DNA from: Alphaproteobacteria bacterium | Lineage (GTDB): Bacteria > Pseudomonadota > Alphaproteobacteria > Micavibrionales > UBA2020 | Length of the DNA stretch: 64,000 nt | Direction: 5' to 3' | NCBI GenBank assembly: GCA_021413445.1 | Contig: JAIOQI010000021.1 | Coordinates: forward strand, 47,871-111,870 | Shown: positions 35,780-48,352 of the stretch, piece by piece | How positions within the stretch are numbered: position 1 is the first letter of the stretch | How the letters are laid out: every line of letters begins with the position of its first letter | Position numbers and translations under genes: made by a program | The notes under the pieces: generated by a model | Seen by the model: only the letters and a program-made list of their open reading frames with translations | Told to the model about the DNA's origin: nothing | The model's database searches: none

Positions 35780-36771
35780 AAAGCATCCCTAAAGTGGATC
35801 TGCATGTTCATCTTGAGGGCACGATCACGCCGGAAATGGTCATGCGTCTTGCGGCGCGCAACAAGATCCCCGTGCCGCCGGGGCTGGTTAAGGCCGGCCG
35901 TTTCGCCTGGAAGGGCGACGGCACCGCCACCGGAGAATTGACGGCGTTTCTTAAATCCTATGACGGCGCCACCTCGGTCATGAAAGGCGCGGCGGATTAC
36001 ACCGACATCACCTATGATTTTTTGAAGCGCTCGGCCGATGAGGGCTGCATTTATGCCGAGATCACGATTTCGGCGGACCACGGCGCGATGGTGGGCCTCA
36101 CTTATCCCGAAATGGTGAAAGCGATAGCGGCCGGCTGCAAGAAGGCGAAAAACGAGACCGGCATCGAGGCGCGGCTTATTTCCAGCTGTGTCCGCCACTT
36201 CGGGCCGGAGGGGGCGCTGATGGTCGGGAAACTCACCCATGATTATCCGCACCCGCTGGTGACGGCTTTCGGCATGGCGGGGGATGAAAATGCCTATACC
36301 CCGGCCGATTTCAAGCCCGCCTTTGACGTTTCCGGCCTGCCCTTCCGCACGGCGCATGCCGGGGAAGCGGCGGGCCCGGACAGCATCCGCGCCGTGAGCA
36401 GCACCCTGAAGACGCGCCGTTTCGGGCACATGGTGCGGGCGATTGAAAGCCCGGCGCTGTTAAAGGAACTGAAGGCGATCGATGCCGTGCCGGAGGTTTG
36501 TGTCTCCAGCAACCTGGCGCTGAAGGTGTTCCAAGACTATGCGTCGCACCCGCTGCGGCAATTTTTCGATGCCGGCCTGAAGGTGACCCTTGGCAGCGAC
36601 GACCCGAGTTTTTTCAACACCAGCATCGGCCGCGAGTACCAGATCGCGCAGGAGCACTTCGGTTTCAGCGACGCGGAGCTGCGGCAGGTCTCTAAAAACG
36701 CCGTTGAGGAAGCTTTCGTCGATGACGCCACGCGTTGTCAGTTGCTGGCCAGATTGGGAGAAACGCCATGA
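35776..36771 (+). CDS. add: Adenosine deaminase
   Basis: PKVDLHVHLEGTI, the C-terminal SDDPSFF and the HAGE block are typical. The GTG at 35776 overlaps the thiolase stop. Confidence 0.85.
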   Translation: MKSIPKVDLHVHLEGTITPEMVMRLAARNKIPVPPGLVKAGRFAWKGDGTATGELTAFLKSYDGATSVMKGAADYTDITYDFLKRSADEGCIYAEITISADHGAMVGLTYPEMVKAIAAGCKKAKNETGIEARLISSCVRHFGPEGALMVGKLTHDYPHPLVTAFGMAGDENAYTPADFKPAFDVSGLPFRTAHAGEAAGPDSIRAVSSTLKTRRFGHMVRAIESPALLKELKAIDAVPEVCVSSNLALKVFQDYASHPLRQFFDAGLKVTLGSDDPSFFNTSIGREYQIAQEHFGFSDAELRQVSKNAVEEAFVDDATRCQLLARLGETP

Positions 36772-37259
36772 AAAGATCAGATGCGGCGGCGATCAGCGTC
36801 GGCACTTTGACAGCGCTGATTGTGGGAATAACAGGATCAATGCTATTTCCCGTGGCGGGGTTGATGGCGGGCGCTTATTTTTCAGCGACAGCGGCAACCG
36901 GTGCGGGGATGGGTTTATTCGCCGTATGGGCCTTGGGTGCTGCCGGCGCGATCGGCGGCCTGGCGCTGGGAAAGCTGGCTAAACCGCTGGCGGTCTGGAC
37001 CGGCGTGGCGGCTGGCATTGTGGCCGGCGGCGTGACCAAAGCCTCCGGCGTTATTGTGGGTTTTTTGTCCAGGGCCTTCGGGAAAAACAAGCCTGCAGCC
37101 TCGTCTGTGCCGCCGGAAAAGAACGTGAACGTTTTTAGCGGATTGAAGGGTTTGTTCAAGTCAAAAAAAATTAAACCCGGTTTTGACGCTTCTTCAGGCC
37201 GGGCGGCCAGGAATAAACCGCCGCCGTCCGCGCCCGACGCACCGCAACCGCCGTTGTAA
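36768..37259 (+). CDS. Hypothetical Gly/Ala-rich membrane protein with a Pro-rich tail
   Basis: The ATG at 36768 is preceded by GGGAG. The protein has several glycine-zipper-like hydrophobic segments (GAGMGLFAVWALGAAGAIGGLALG) and a basic, proline-rich C-terminal tail. Confidence 0.45.
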   Translation: MKRSDAAAISVGTLTALIVGITGSMLFPVAGLMAGAYFSATAATGAGMGLFAVWALGAAGAIGGLALGKLAKPLAVWTGVAAGIVAGGVTKASGVIVGFLSRAFGKNKPAASSVPPEKNVNVFSGLKGLFKSKKIKPGFDASSGRAARNKPPPSAPDAPQPPL

Positions 37260-37271
37260 TCAGGGTTTGTT

Positions 37272-37661
37272 TCAGGTAAGGCCCGGCAGCGGCACTGTCC
37301 GGAGGGAAGGGCGCCCCGGCGCATCAATATTTTTTTCAACCAGGCGGACAATCCTCATCCCGATCTGCGGATTGAGCTCGAGAAGTTTTTCTTTCACCAG
37401 ATTGAATTCGCGCAAGGCGGAAAACTGCGACGGGTTGCGCAGGTTTGTCATCAGCGACGGCGCACCGGAGGACGGACGGGCGCGGCGGTTGAATTCATTT
37501 TCGCTGGAACTGAGCTTGCTGGCGGCCTGATAAAAACGCTCCAGCATTTGCGTCGCATTTTTCCTGTCCGCATCCCCGACCTCGGCAAAAAAATCCAGAT
37601 GCAGGGAGGTCAGGTTCATGGAACGGAAATCCGCGCTCAATTTACCTTTCAGGTTGTCCAT
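37272..37661 (-). CDS. Hypothetical protein (about 129 aa)
   Basis: The ATG at 37661 is preceded by GGGAGAGA. No family was recognised. It is convergent with the previous gene, with a 12 nt gap between the ends. Confidence 0.4.
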   Translation of the reverse strand: MDNLKGKLSADFRSMNLTSLHLDFFAEVGDADRKNATQMLERFYQAASKLSSSENEFNRRARPSSGAPSLMTNLRNPSQFSALREFNLVKEKLLELNPQIGMRIVRLVEKNIDAPGRPSLRTVPLPGLT

Positions 37662-37845
37662 GTTGTCTCTCCCTTTTAAACGCGTCACAATTTAATATCC
37701 TTGTGTTTTGATAGTGTTTGGTTTAATTATTTTCCTTAAACACCACACCACCTTCTACGCTCACAATGCATTGTAACGCGAAAATGGTTATGAAAGTATT
37801 GCCAGAAACAATTAAAAGCTGGTTTATTGATAAGGCCTTGAGATA

Positions 37846-39723
37846 ATGAAGAAATTTGATGTCATAGTGATTGGCGGCGGACATGCGGGCTGCGAGGCGG
37901 CGGCCGCGGCGGCGCGCATGGGCGCGCAAACCCTGCTGTTGACACATCGAATCGATTCCATCGGCGTCATGTCCTGCAATCCCGCCATCGGCGGTTTGGG
38001 CAAGGGGCATCTGGTGCGCGAGATAGATGCGCTGGACGGCGTGATGGGGCGCGTGATTGACCGCTCCGGCATCCAGTTCAGGATCCTGAATGCCAGCAAA
38101 GGCCCCGCTGTGCGTGGGCCGCGGGCCCAGGCCGACCGCAGGCTCTATCGCGAGAACATGCAGCAAATATTGCTCAATTATCCCAACCTGGAAATTTTCG
38201 CGGACGGCGCGGAAGAAATCCTGCGCGATGCGGCGGGCCATATCAGCGGCATTAAAACCACCGCTGGTCACGTGTTTTCCTGCGCCGCGCTGGTGGTGAC
38301 CACCGGCACTTTTTTGCGTGGGATCATTCATCGCGGCGCCCTTCAGCAGCCGGCGGGGCGGGTGGGGGAAAAACCTTCCGTTGGCCTGGCGCTCAGCCTT
38401 GAGAAATTGAATCTGCCGCTGGGGCGCCTGAAAACCGGCACCCCGGCCCGGCTGGACGGGCGCACCATCAACTGGTCCATCCTTGAAGAGCAGGCCGGCG
38501 ATACGCCGCCCACTCCCTTCTCTTTTATGACAAACAAAATCACCGTGCCGCAGATCAGCTGCCATATCACTTATACCAATGAAAAAACCCATCAGATTAT
38601 CCGCGATAACCTGCATGTGGCGCCGATGTATTCGGGGCAGATAAAATCCTCCGGGCCGCGTTATTGCCCGTCGATTGAAGACAAGGTGGTGCGCTTCGCC
38701 GACAAAACGCGCCATCAGGTGTTTTTGGAGCCGGAAGGGCTCGACGACCATACCGTTTATCCGAACGGCATTTCCACCTCGCTTCCTGAAGAGGTGCAGC
38801 AGGCCATGATCGAGACCATCCCCGGCCTTGAAAAGGCCACGATCTTGCAAGCGGGCTATGCGGTGGAATACGACTATATCGATCCCCGCGCCCTGAAGCA
38901 TACCCTGGAAATCAAGACCGTCCCGGGATTGTTCCTGGCCGGGCAGATCAACGGTACGACAGGCTATGAAGAAGCGGCGGCGCAAGGGTTGATCGCCGGC
39001 ATCAACGCCGCCCTGCGCGCCGGCAGCGGCGATAGCCAGACCTTTGTGCTCGACCGCGCTGACGGTTATATCGGCGTCATGATTGATGATTTGGTCACGC
39101 AGGGCGTTTCCGAGCCTTACCGGATGTTCACCTCGCGCGCCGAATACCGCCTGCTGTTGCGCGCCGATAATGCCGACCAGCGCCTGACCCCGGCGGGGAT
39201 TTCGATCGGCTGCGTCGGTGCGGAGCGCGCCGGCGCTTTTGAGGCGAAGCACCTTTCCCTGAACAGCCTCCGCGAACAGATACAAGCCCTGACCGCACTG
39301 CCCATCGAATTGGAGCGGGCAGGGTTCAAGATCAACCAGGACGGCGTGCGCCGCACCGCCCATGACATGATGCGCTATCCGGAAATCAATTTTGAGGTGC
39401 TGAAGAAATTCTGGCCGGAGCTGGCTTCCGTGCCTGCCGACATTGCCGAACAGATTGAAATCGACGCCCGCTACGCCGGCTATATTCAGCGTCAAGAGGC
39501 TGATATTAAAGCCTTTCGCCGCGATGAGGCGCTCTTGATTCCGGCGGACCTGGACTACAATATGATCGGCTGTCTCTCCAACGAGATGCGGCTGAAATTG
39601 TCAAAATTCCGTCCCGAAACGTTGGGCGCGGCGGGGCGTATCCCCGGCGGCACGCCGGCGGCCATGGTGGCGCTGTTGCGTTACATCAAGCGTAAATCCA
39701 AGACAGAGAAAAAAGTTGCCTGA
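37846..39723 (+). CDS. mnmG: tRNA uridine 5-carboxymethylaminomethyl modification enzyme MnmG (GidA)
   Basis: [38 protein letters not shown] and [16 protein letters not shown] are typical of MnmG. Confidence 0.95.
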   Translation: MKKFDVIVIGGGHAGCEAAAAAARMGAQTLLLTHRIDSIGVMSCNPAIGGLGKGHLVREIDALDGVMGRVIDRSGIQFRILNASKGPAVRGPRAQADRRLYRENMQQILLNYPNLEIFADGAEEILRDAAGHISGIKTTAGHVFSCAALVVTTGTFLRGIIHRGALQQPAGRVGEKPSVGLALSLEKLNLPLGRLKTGTPARLDGRTINWSILEEQAGDTPPTPFSFMTNKITVPQISCHITYTNEKTHQIIRDNLHVAPMYSGQIKSSGPRYCPSIEDKVVRFADKTRHQVFLEPEGLDDHTVYPNGISTSLPEEVQQAMIETIPGLEKATILQAGYAVEYDYIDPRALKHTLEIKTVPGLFLAGQINGTTGYEEAAAQGLIAGINAALRAGSGDSQTFVLDRADGYIGVMIDDLVTQGVSEPYRMFTSRAEYRLLLRADNADQRLTPAGISIGCVGAERAGAFEAKHLSLNSLREQIQALTALPIELERAGFKINQDGVRRTAHDMMRYPEINFEVLKKFWPELASVPADIAEQIEIDARYAGYIQRQEADIKAFRRDEALLIPADLDYNMIGCLSNEMRLKLSKFRPETLGAAGRIPGGTPAAMVALLRYIKRKSKTEKKVA

Positions 39724-40339
39724 TTTTATCCACTATCCTTTTGAAAAATACGGCCTCGACGTTTCACGTGAAACACGCGAGAAGTTTAACCGCTATGCGG
39801 AAATTTTACTGAAGTGGCAAAATGCCATCAATCTTGTCAGCGAAGCCACGCTGGAAGATATGGTGAAAAGGCACTTTCTGGATTCCGCGCAGCTGATGAA
39901 ATATATCCCCAATAAAAACATCAAACTGGCGGATCTGGGCTCTGGCGCCGGGTTTCCGGGCCTGGTGCTGGCGATGCTGGGCGTTGCAGAAGTGCATTTA
40001 ATTGAATCGGATGTGCGCAAGGCGACTTTTTTGCGCGAGGTTTCACGTGAAACCTCTGTAAAAACATTTATTCACGACGACAGGATTGAAGAGACAAAAA
40101 TCGACAATCTGGATTTTATCACCGCCCGCGCCCTGGCGCCCCTGAAAGACCTGTTGGTGATGGCAGCTGGTCTTTCCACACCCGGCCACCCGGCGACATG
40201 TCTGTTTATGAAGGGCGAAAAAACGGAAGAGGAGCTTGCTAAGGCTCAGAAAAAGTGGGGTTTTTCTCTCGAGGTCCACCAAAGTGTTACGGAACAATCC
40301 GGAAAAATATTAAAAATCAACAACTTAAGTAAAAAATAA
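39716..40339 (+). CDS. rsmG: 16S rRNA (guanine527-N7)-methyltransferase RsmG (GidB)
   Basis: It has [10 protein letters not shown], the SAM motif [16 protein letters not shown], and ITARALA. Confidence 0.9.
   Translation: MPDFIHYPFEKYGLDVSRETREKFNRYAEILLKWQNAINLVSEATLEDMVKRHFLDSAQLMKYIPNKNIKLADLGSGAGFPGLVLAMLGVAEVHLIESDVRKATFLREVSRETSVKTFIHDDRIEETKIDNLDFITARALAPLKDLLVMAAGLSTPGHPATCLFMKGEKTEEELAKAQKKWGFSLEVHQSVTEQSGKILKINNLSKK
39760..39775. promoter_or_regulatory. parS centromere-like site 1 (inside rsmG)
   Basis: cGTTTCACGTGAAACa has the perfect 14 bp palindromic core of the parS consensus TGTTTCACGTGAAACA. Confidence 0.75.
40039..40054. promoter_or_regulatory. parS centromere-like site 2 (inside rsmG)
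   Basis: gGTTTCACGTGAAACc has the perfect 14 bp core. Confidence 0.75.
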
Positions 40340-40367
40340 TAAATTATTTTTTATATTTTTATTTCAA

Positions 40368-40383
40368 AGTTTCACGTGAAACA
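40368..40383. promoter_or_regulatory. parS centromere-like site 3 (rsmG-parA intergenic)
   Basis: aGTTTCACGTGAAACa matches 15 of 16 positions of the consensus and lies in an AT-rich spacer upstream of parA. Confidence 0.8.
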
Positions 40384-40445
40384 TAATGTTTATATTTATA
40401 AATAGACCTTGATTGTTACGTTCTATCCGGGCTATTAAATGGATT

Positions 40446-41306
40446 ATGAATCAGGTTTTGCCGAAAAACAGCCTTCTTCCTGTCTCCCAAGGCGGGAATA
40501 TCCGCCCCGCCGCGACACGCTATATCAGCGTTTCCAACCAAAAGGGCGGCGTCGGAAAAACAACCACAACCATCAATCTTTCCACGGCTTTAGCGGCGAC
40601 CGGCAAAAAAGTTCTGGTGATTGATCTGGACCCGCAGGGCAATGCCTCCACCGGCCTGGGCGTTGACCGCTCCAGCCGCCTGAATGACAGTTATGGGGTG
40701 CTTTTCGGGGAATGCGACATCGACCAGGCGGCCGTGCCGACCAAGGTGCCCAATCTTTTTGTTATCCCAGCCTCTATCCACCTTTCCGGCGCGGAAATCG
40801 AGCTGGTCGATGCCAAGCAGCGGGAATTTCGCCTGAAAACGGCGCTGGAAAAGAGTGAAACGCAGTATGATTATGTCATGTTCGACTGCCCACCATCTCT
40901 TAACCTATTGACTTTAAACGCTTTAGTGGCATCAACCGGAGTCCTGGTTCCTTTGCAGTGCGAGTTTTTTGCGCTGGAAGGATTGAGCCATCTCGTCAAC
41001 ACGATCGAACGTGTCAGGGGTAGTTTTAACCCGCACCTGGAACTGATGGGGGTTGTCCTGACGATGTATGACAAAAGAAACAACCTGTCAAATCAGGTGG
41101 CGGAGAATGTCCGGGCCCATTTCGGGGATAAAGTCTATGAAGCGGTTATTCCCCGCAATGTGCGCATTTCCGAGGCGCCATCTTTCGGCCTGCCGGCGAT
41201 CGTCTATGACATGAAGTGCAACGGCTCGCAGGCTTATATCCAGCTCGCCAAGGAAATACTGAAGCGCGAAAAAAATACGCAAGTGAAGTACGGCGCCGCG
41301 GTTTAA
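40446..41306 (+). CDS. parA: Chromosome partitioning ATPase ParA
   Basis: It has the deviant Walker A SNQKGGVGKTTT, and DCPPSL. I chose the ATG at 40446 over the TTG at 40413. Confidence 0.9.
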   Translation: MNQVLPKNSLLPVSQGGNIRPAATRYISVSNQKGGVGKTTTTINLSTALAATGKKVLVIDLDPQGNASTGLGVDRSSRLNDSYGVLFGECDIDQAAVPTKVPNLFVIPASIHLSGAEIELVDAKQREFRLKTALEKSETQYDYVMFDCPPSLNLLTLNALVASTGVLVPLQCEFFALEGLSHLVNTIERVRGSFNPHLELMGVVLTMYDKRNNLSNQVAENVRAHFGDKVYEAVIPRNVRISEAPSFGLPAIVYDMKCNGSQAYIQLAKEILKREKNTQVKYGAAV

Positions 41307-41324
41307 AAAATACGGAGTAGGACG

Positions 41325-42293
41325 ATGACATCTGATACAAAGCCATCTGATATAAAAAAGCGCGGTCTTGGCCGCGGCCTGGACGCCCTTTTCCAGGACG
41401 CCCGCAACGAAGAGGCGGCTTTCGCGCCGAAGATAAAGCGCGCCGACGAAATCGTCTCGAAAAAAGCGCCGCCGCAGCAGCCGGCATCCTCCGCCCCGCT
41501 GAAGGTCGCCATCGACAAGCTCAGGCCGGGAAAGTTCCAGCCGCGCCGCCGTTTTGACGAGGCGTCCATCAATAGCCTTGCCGAATCCATCGCCGTGCAC
41601 GGCGTTTTGCAGCCTTTGCTGGTGCGCAAGCTGTCCGCCAACGCTTATGAAATTATCGCCGGCGAGCGCCGCTGGCGCGCAGCGCAAAAAGCCCAGGTGC
41701 ACGAGCTGCCGGTGCTGGTGCTTGACCTGAACGACAACGACGCGCTGGAAATCGCGCTGATCGAGAATTTACAGCGCGAGGATATTTCCGCCATCGAGGA
41801 GGCCGAAGGCTACCAGCGCCTGATCGACGAATTCCACCATACGCAGGAAGTGCTGGCGCACCGTCTCGGCAAAAGCCGCAGCCACGTCACGAACATGCTG
41901 CGCCTGCTCAGGCTGCCGAACAAGGTCCGGCAATATATACAGGACGGGACCTTAAGCGCCGGCCATGCCCGGGCCCTGGTCGGGTGCAGCAACGCCGACG
42001 AGATCGCTGCCGCGATCGTGAAGCGCGGCCTTAGCGTGCGTCAGACGGAAAGCCTGGTCAAGAAAGCGGCGACCGGCAAGGCGCCGGGCAAAAAAATCCC
42101 GAAAAAATCGGCGAAAATCATCATCATGAAAGACGTGGATGTTTTGGCGCTGGAGGGGAAAATGTCTTCCCTGCTCGGCATGAAGGTGGCGATCGAGGGC
42201 GTTGGCTCCTCAGGCGCTTTGTGCATCGAGTATAAATCCCTGGAACAGCTGGACGACCTCCTGGAGAGGCTGTCCCGCACGCCGGGAAAATAA
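41325..42293 (+). CDS. parB: Chromosome partitioning protein ParB
   Basis: It contains GLGRGLDALF, QPRRRFDE, the GERRWRAA box and an HTH region (QEVLAHRLGKSRSHVTNMLRLLRLP). Confidence 0.9.
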   Translation: MTSDTKPSDIKKRGLGRGLDALFQDARNEEAAFAPKIKRADEIVSKKAPPQQPASSAPLKVAIDKLRPGKFQPRRRFDEASINSLAESIAVHGVLQPLLVRKLSANAYEIIAGERRWRAAQKAQVHELPVLVLDLNDNDALEIALIENLQREDISAIEEAEGYQRLIDEFHHTQEVLAHRLGKSRSHVTNMLRLLRLPNKVRQYIQDGTLSAGHARALVGCSNADEIAAAIVKRGLSVRQTESLVKKAATGKAPGKKIPKKSAKIIIMKDVDVLALEGKMSSLLGMKVAIEGVGSSGALCIEYKSLEQLDDLLERLSRTPGK

Positions 42294-42308
42294 TTGCGGG
42301 GGAGCGTT

Positions 42309-43274
42309 GTGAATTTTTTCACCAAATTAAAAAAACGCCTGCAATGGGCGCGGACGCCGGATCAGGAAAAACAGCAGCTGCTGGAGAAAGCCGTCACGCT
42401 GCTGCATTTCGACCCCGACGCGCTGGAACTGTTCAGGATGGCGCAGGCAGACGGCGTTGAAATCAAGTTTTCATCGGGGCTGACCGGTTCCCGGACGGCG
42501 GCGCGGCATGTCCTGAATTTCAACAAGAAGAAGCAATATATAGAAATCTGCCCTTACACGGGGTCCGGCAGGCTGAAAACCCCGGTGATGATCGCGTCCG
42601 ATCTTGTGCACGAGCTGCGCCACTACTGGCAATACAAGCAGTTGGGGGTCACGCCGCAGAACGGAAACCACATCAACAGAAACCCCCGCCTGTCTTTTGT
42701 CTTTAACCGGGTGGCCGAAGCGGATGCTTACGCTTTTCAGGATAAATTCATCAAAACCATGAATGAAACTTCAGATGTTTTTTCGGAGTTTTTGAAGGAG
42801 ATTCCCGCCCCGACGCCCCTGCAGGCGCACCAGATTAACTATGAAGCCAATAAAAAATTTCAAAAATTGCGGGCGAATGACGCGCAGTATCTGCGCGAGC
42901 GGTTTGTCGAGATGCTCAAAAAAGGGGTTCTTTCCCAAAGTTATGACCCGCAGGAGGCGCGCTACCTGCATCTCCGGCACACGTCCTCCCTCGCCGAAAA
43001 AACCGATTTTGACGCTGTAAAACACATTCCGGAACTGACGCTGGCCGATATCAAGAAGGTGTTAAAAGCGGGTGTGGTGAAAAACGCCCCCGGCTATCTC
43101 GGCGACATGAGCGACGACCAGTTCGAAGACCTGGTGCTGGGCAATGCGCACCGCGGCGCATTGGAAGCCGTCAACCTGATGGAAAAATTCAGCAGGGCCG
43201 TGGCCGGCAACGACAACAAAACGGCGAAAGAGCTGCGCCGCCAGGTGAAAGAAAAAATCCATAAACTGAAATAG
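42309..43274 (+). CDS. Hypothetical protein with an HExxH zinc-metallopeptidase-type motif
   Basis: The GTG at 42309 is preceded by GGGGGAG. The motif DLVHELRHYWQYKQ contains HELRH. It is paralogous to the 31126-32160 product, starts 15 nt after the parB stop, and is on the same strand. Confidence 0.6.
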   Translation: MNFFTKLKKRLQWARTPDQEKQQLLEKAVTLLHFDPDALELFRMAQADGVEIKFSSGLTGSRTAARHVLNFNKKKQYIEICPYTGSGRLKTPVMIASDLVHELRHYWQYKQLGVTPQNGNHINRNPRLSFVFNRVAEADAYAFQDKFIKTMNETSDVFSEFLKEIPAPTPLQAHQINYEANKKFQKLRANDAQYLRERFVEMLKKGVLSQSYDPQEARYLHLRHTSSLAEKTDFDAVKHIPELTLADIKKVLKAGVVKNAPGYLGDMSDDQFEDLVLGNAHRGALEAVNLMEKFSRAVAGNDNKTAKELRRQVKEKIHKLK

Positions 43275-43275
43275 C

Positions 43276-44325
43276 CTAAGCCCGGCGCCTGACGCCGGCG
43301 GCCTTGGCCCCGGTCTGCGACAGGGACAGGACGGCGCGGCTGCAGAGCGTGTGCGGGTCGTTGGCGGTCTGCTTGCATTTGGCCTCGACGCCGGAGAGCA
43401 GCGCCAGCGCCTGTTCCATCTGGTTCAGGCTCCAGGTGGAAAGCTGGGATTCAAAAGCGGATTTGACCTTGAAAAACAGGGGCGGACGCAGTTTTTTCAA
43501 GGCCCCCTCCATGCTTTCGCCCTGTTGCAGGCGGGCCTTGCTGATATGCAGGCGCAGGAAATAATTTTGCAGGTTGCGCAGGATGCTGACGGCGGGAATC
43601 CCCTCCGACAGCACATGATCGAGGATTCTTTCCGCCGCGGCAAACTGGCCGGAGGCGACATGCCGGGCGAGGTCGTCCAGAGACAGGGCGGCGCTGTTGC
43701 CGACGCAGGCAACGACGTCGTCGAGTGAAATCGATTTCTGACCCGCGCTCATATAAGTGATAAGTTTTTCAACTTCCGACCGCGCCACGGCGCGGTCGCC
43801 GACGACATTGCCCGCCATATAGGCAATCGCTTCGGAGGGAATGGTATAACCGGCGGTTTTCAGCGAATCCCCGATGACGCGGCCGATGTCGCGCTCGTCC
43901 TCGATATAGCAGGGGATGGCCGCGCCGTTTTCGGCGTTTTCGAACAAAAGCCGCAGCGACGAGCGCGGCGACAGCTCGCCCGCGCCCAGCAAAACCAGGT
44001 TGTCCGCGGGCCTCAGCGCGGCCAGGACGCCTTTGACGACCGTGGTCATGTCATCGCCCGCGCCCTGCACCCGCACCACCCGCCGTCCGCCCAGCATCGA
44101 GATGGACAGGGCCTCGTCCATCAGCCGCGCCGGATTCTCGGACAACTGCTTGGCGGACAATTCCACGACGTTGAAGGGATCGCGGATGTCAGAGACAATA
44201 TTTCCAGTCAGGAGGTTCATCCGCTCGCGGATCAATCCTTCGTCCGGCCCGTAGAGCAGCAGCGCTGCCATTGCCGGCGGCGGCTTTTTGACGAAGCTCT
44301 CGATATTTTTCGGGGCGATTTTCAC
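43276..44325 (-). CDS. holA: DNA polymerase III delta subunit HolA
   Basis: 349 aa. The N-terminus reads LLYGPDEGLIRE and the overall layout resembles HolA. Its position downstream of leuS-lptE supports the call. Confidence 0.85.
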   Translation of the reverse strand: MKIAPKNIESFVKKPPPAMAALLLYGPDEGLIRERMNLLTGNIVSDIRDPFNVVELSAKQLSENPARLMDEALSISMLGGRRVVRVQGAGDDMTTVVKGVLAALRPADNLVLLGAGELSPRSSLRLLFENAENGAAIPCYIEDERDIGRVIGDSLKTAGYTIPSEAIAYMAGNVVGDRAVARSEVEKLITYMSAGQKSISLDDVVACVGNSAALSLDDLARHVASGQFAAAERILDHVLSEGIPAVSILRNLQNYFLRLHISKARLQQGESMEGALKKLRPPLFFKVKSAFESQLSTWSLNQMEQALALLSGVEAKCKQTANDPHTLCSRAVLSLSQTGAKAAGVRRRA

Positions 44326-44832
44326 GGCGCGGCCAGCGCTTCCCCGCCGCGGCGGAAATAGAGGTTCAACTCGGTAATGGCGTCATCGCCGAGCCGCTGG
44401 ATAAGGTTCTCGGTGACGTTTTGCTGGGATACCAGCGTTGCCAGTTGGTTGTCCAGCAGGTTGTGGGAACCGGCGGCCTTGAGCTGGCGCTGCAGAAGGA
44501 CGGCGCCGGTGTTTTTTTCCACCAGCTGCATTTTGGTGGAGATTTGTATCTGGGAGATGGTGGCGGTGGCGTTTTTTTCGATGCCGATGTTATTGGTGTT
44601 TTTCTCCAGCGGGGAGAAGGTTAGCCGATAAAGCGCCTCTGCCGGACGGCCGTGCGTATAGAGCCGGTCGATCAGCAGGTTGCGCAGCGCCTGGCCTTCC
44701 CGGTCGGGAATGTTGCTGATTTCGATTTCCGGCCTGGCCGGGGCAGGCTGGTTTTTTTGCGCATAGAGGGATTCGAAGCCGCAGCCGGAAAGCCCCGCGG
44801 TCAGAAACAGGCAGGAACAGAGGATAAGGGCC

Positions 44833-44846
<14 letters not shown>
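44322..44846 (-). CDS. lptE: LPS-assembly lipoprotein LptE
   Basis: It has the lipobox [10 protein letters not shown] and is about 174 aa. It lies in the conserved leuS-lptE-holA order. I chose the ATG at 44846. Confidence 0.7.
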
Positions 44847-47364
<2,518 letters not shown>

Positions 47365-47393
47365 TTTACTCATCCACATCATTCCGGCGAAGG

Positions 47394-47948
47394 TCAGTTT
47401 TGTTTCAACCCCAATTGCACGACGCGCATCTCGCGGGCGCGGGTCAGGACGGTGTTTTCAATGGAGTTTGCCATATCATCCGTAACCTCGGTGTCCTGCC
47501 ACCCGGCCTTGTTTTTTTTCTGTTTGAAGACGGAAACCCGCAGGCCGTCGGCGCGCAGCTGTTTGTCCAATATATAGAGGTTGATTTTGAAGCGCTCGCC
47601 CCGGGCTTTGGGGTTTTCATACCAGTCGGTCAGGATAACGCCGCCGAAGGGATCGGCGGAGAGCACAGGCATGAAGGAAACAGTATCCAGCGAGGCCCGC
47701 CACAAAAAGCTGTTGACGCCGATGCCGGCGCCCCCGCCGCTGTTATTTTCTTCATCTTTGCCAAAGAGCTTGTCGCTGAGCGTGTCATCCCCTCCCCAGA
47801 CCGTTTCGCGTTTCTGGTCGCTATAAAGGATTTTGTCGGTGCCTTCCGGCCGGGTTGGATAGCTGGCTTCCTTGACAAGGGGGCCGGCACAGCCGGTCAG
47901 GAGGACGGCGATCAACAAGATCGGGAGTAAACAGGGTGGGCGCAACAT
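47394..47948 (-). CDS. Lipoprotein (DUF3576-like), conserved upstream of leuS in alphaproteobacteria
   Basis: The ATG at 47948 gives [23 protein letters not shown], which has a lipobox. It also has the WRASLDT..FMP...ADPFGG.I.TDWY block that I associate with this family. Confidence 0.6.
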   Translation of the reverse strand: MLRPPCLLPILLIAVLLTGCAGPLVKEASYPTRPEGTDKILYSDQKRETVWGGDDTLSDKLFGKDEENNSGGGAGIGVNSFLWRASLDTVSFMPVLSADPFGGVILTDWYENPKARGERFKINLYILDKQLRADGLRVSVFKQKKNKAGWQDTEVTDDMANSIENTVLTRAREMRVVQLGLKQN

Positions 47949-48060
47949 CAGATCCCTCTTCAATAAAGTTATATGTGTCTCACTGTGATTAGCACGATCA
48001 TGCCTGTTTATAAAGACTATATATATGAGAGCCGGGCCTAAACTCCTATCATCTTCTCCC

Positions 48061-48087
48061 GCCATTCCGGCGAAAGCCGGAATCTGA
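48061..48087. repeat. Palindromic GAAA-loop element (REP/MITE-like), copy related to those at 49720 and 49800
   Basis: GCCATTCCGGCGAAAGCCGGAATCTGA has the stem TTCCGGC/GCCGGAA around GAAA. It has the same architecture as the 49.7 kb copies. Confidence 0.4.
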
Positions 48088-48352
48088 CGGACACACCGGA
48101 GTAATCGTGTTTTACAACGGGATGATGAGCATGGGAATCCTAATCATCGTTTATGTAAATCCACATACCATAAATTGTTGCACAAAAGCAACAGCCGGGG
48201 GCCATTATCGCCCCCAGGACCCGGCATGTGTTGACCGTTTGCGGAAATAGACCTAGCCTTCAGGGAGGTGGCGTGACACGGGGTTTGTCCGCACACACCA
48301 CCCTAATGAAAACAAGTCCCTGCATTCAGCGGGGCATTTTGGAGAAAACACA

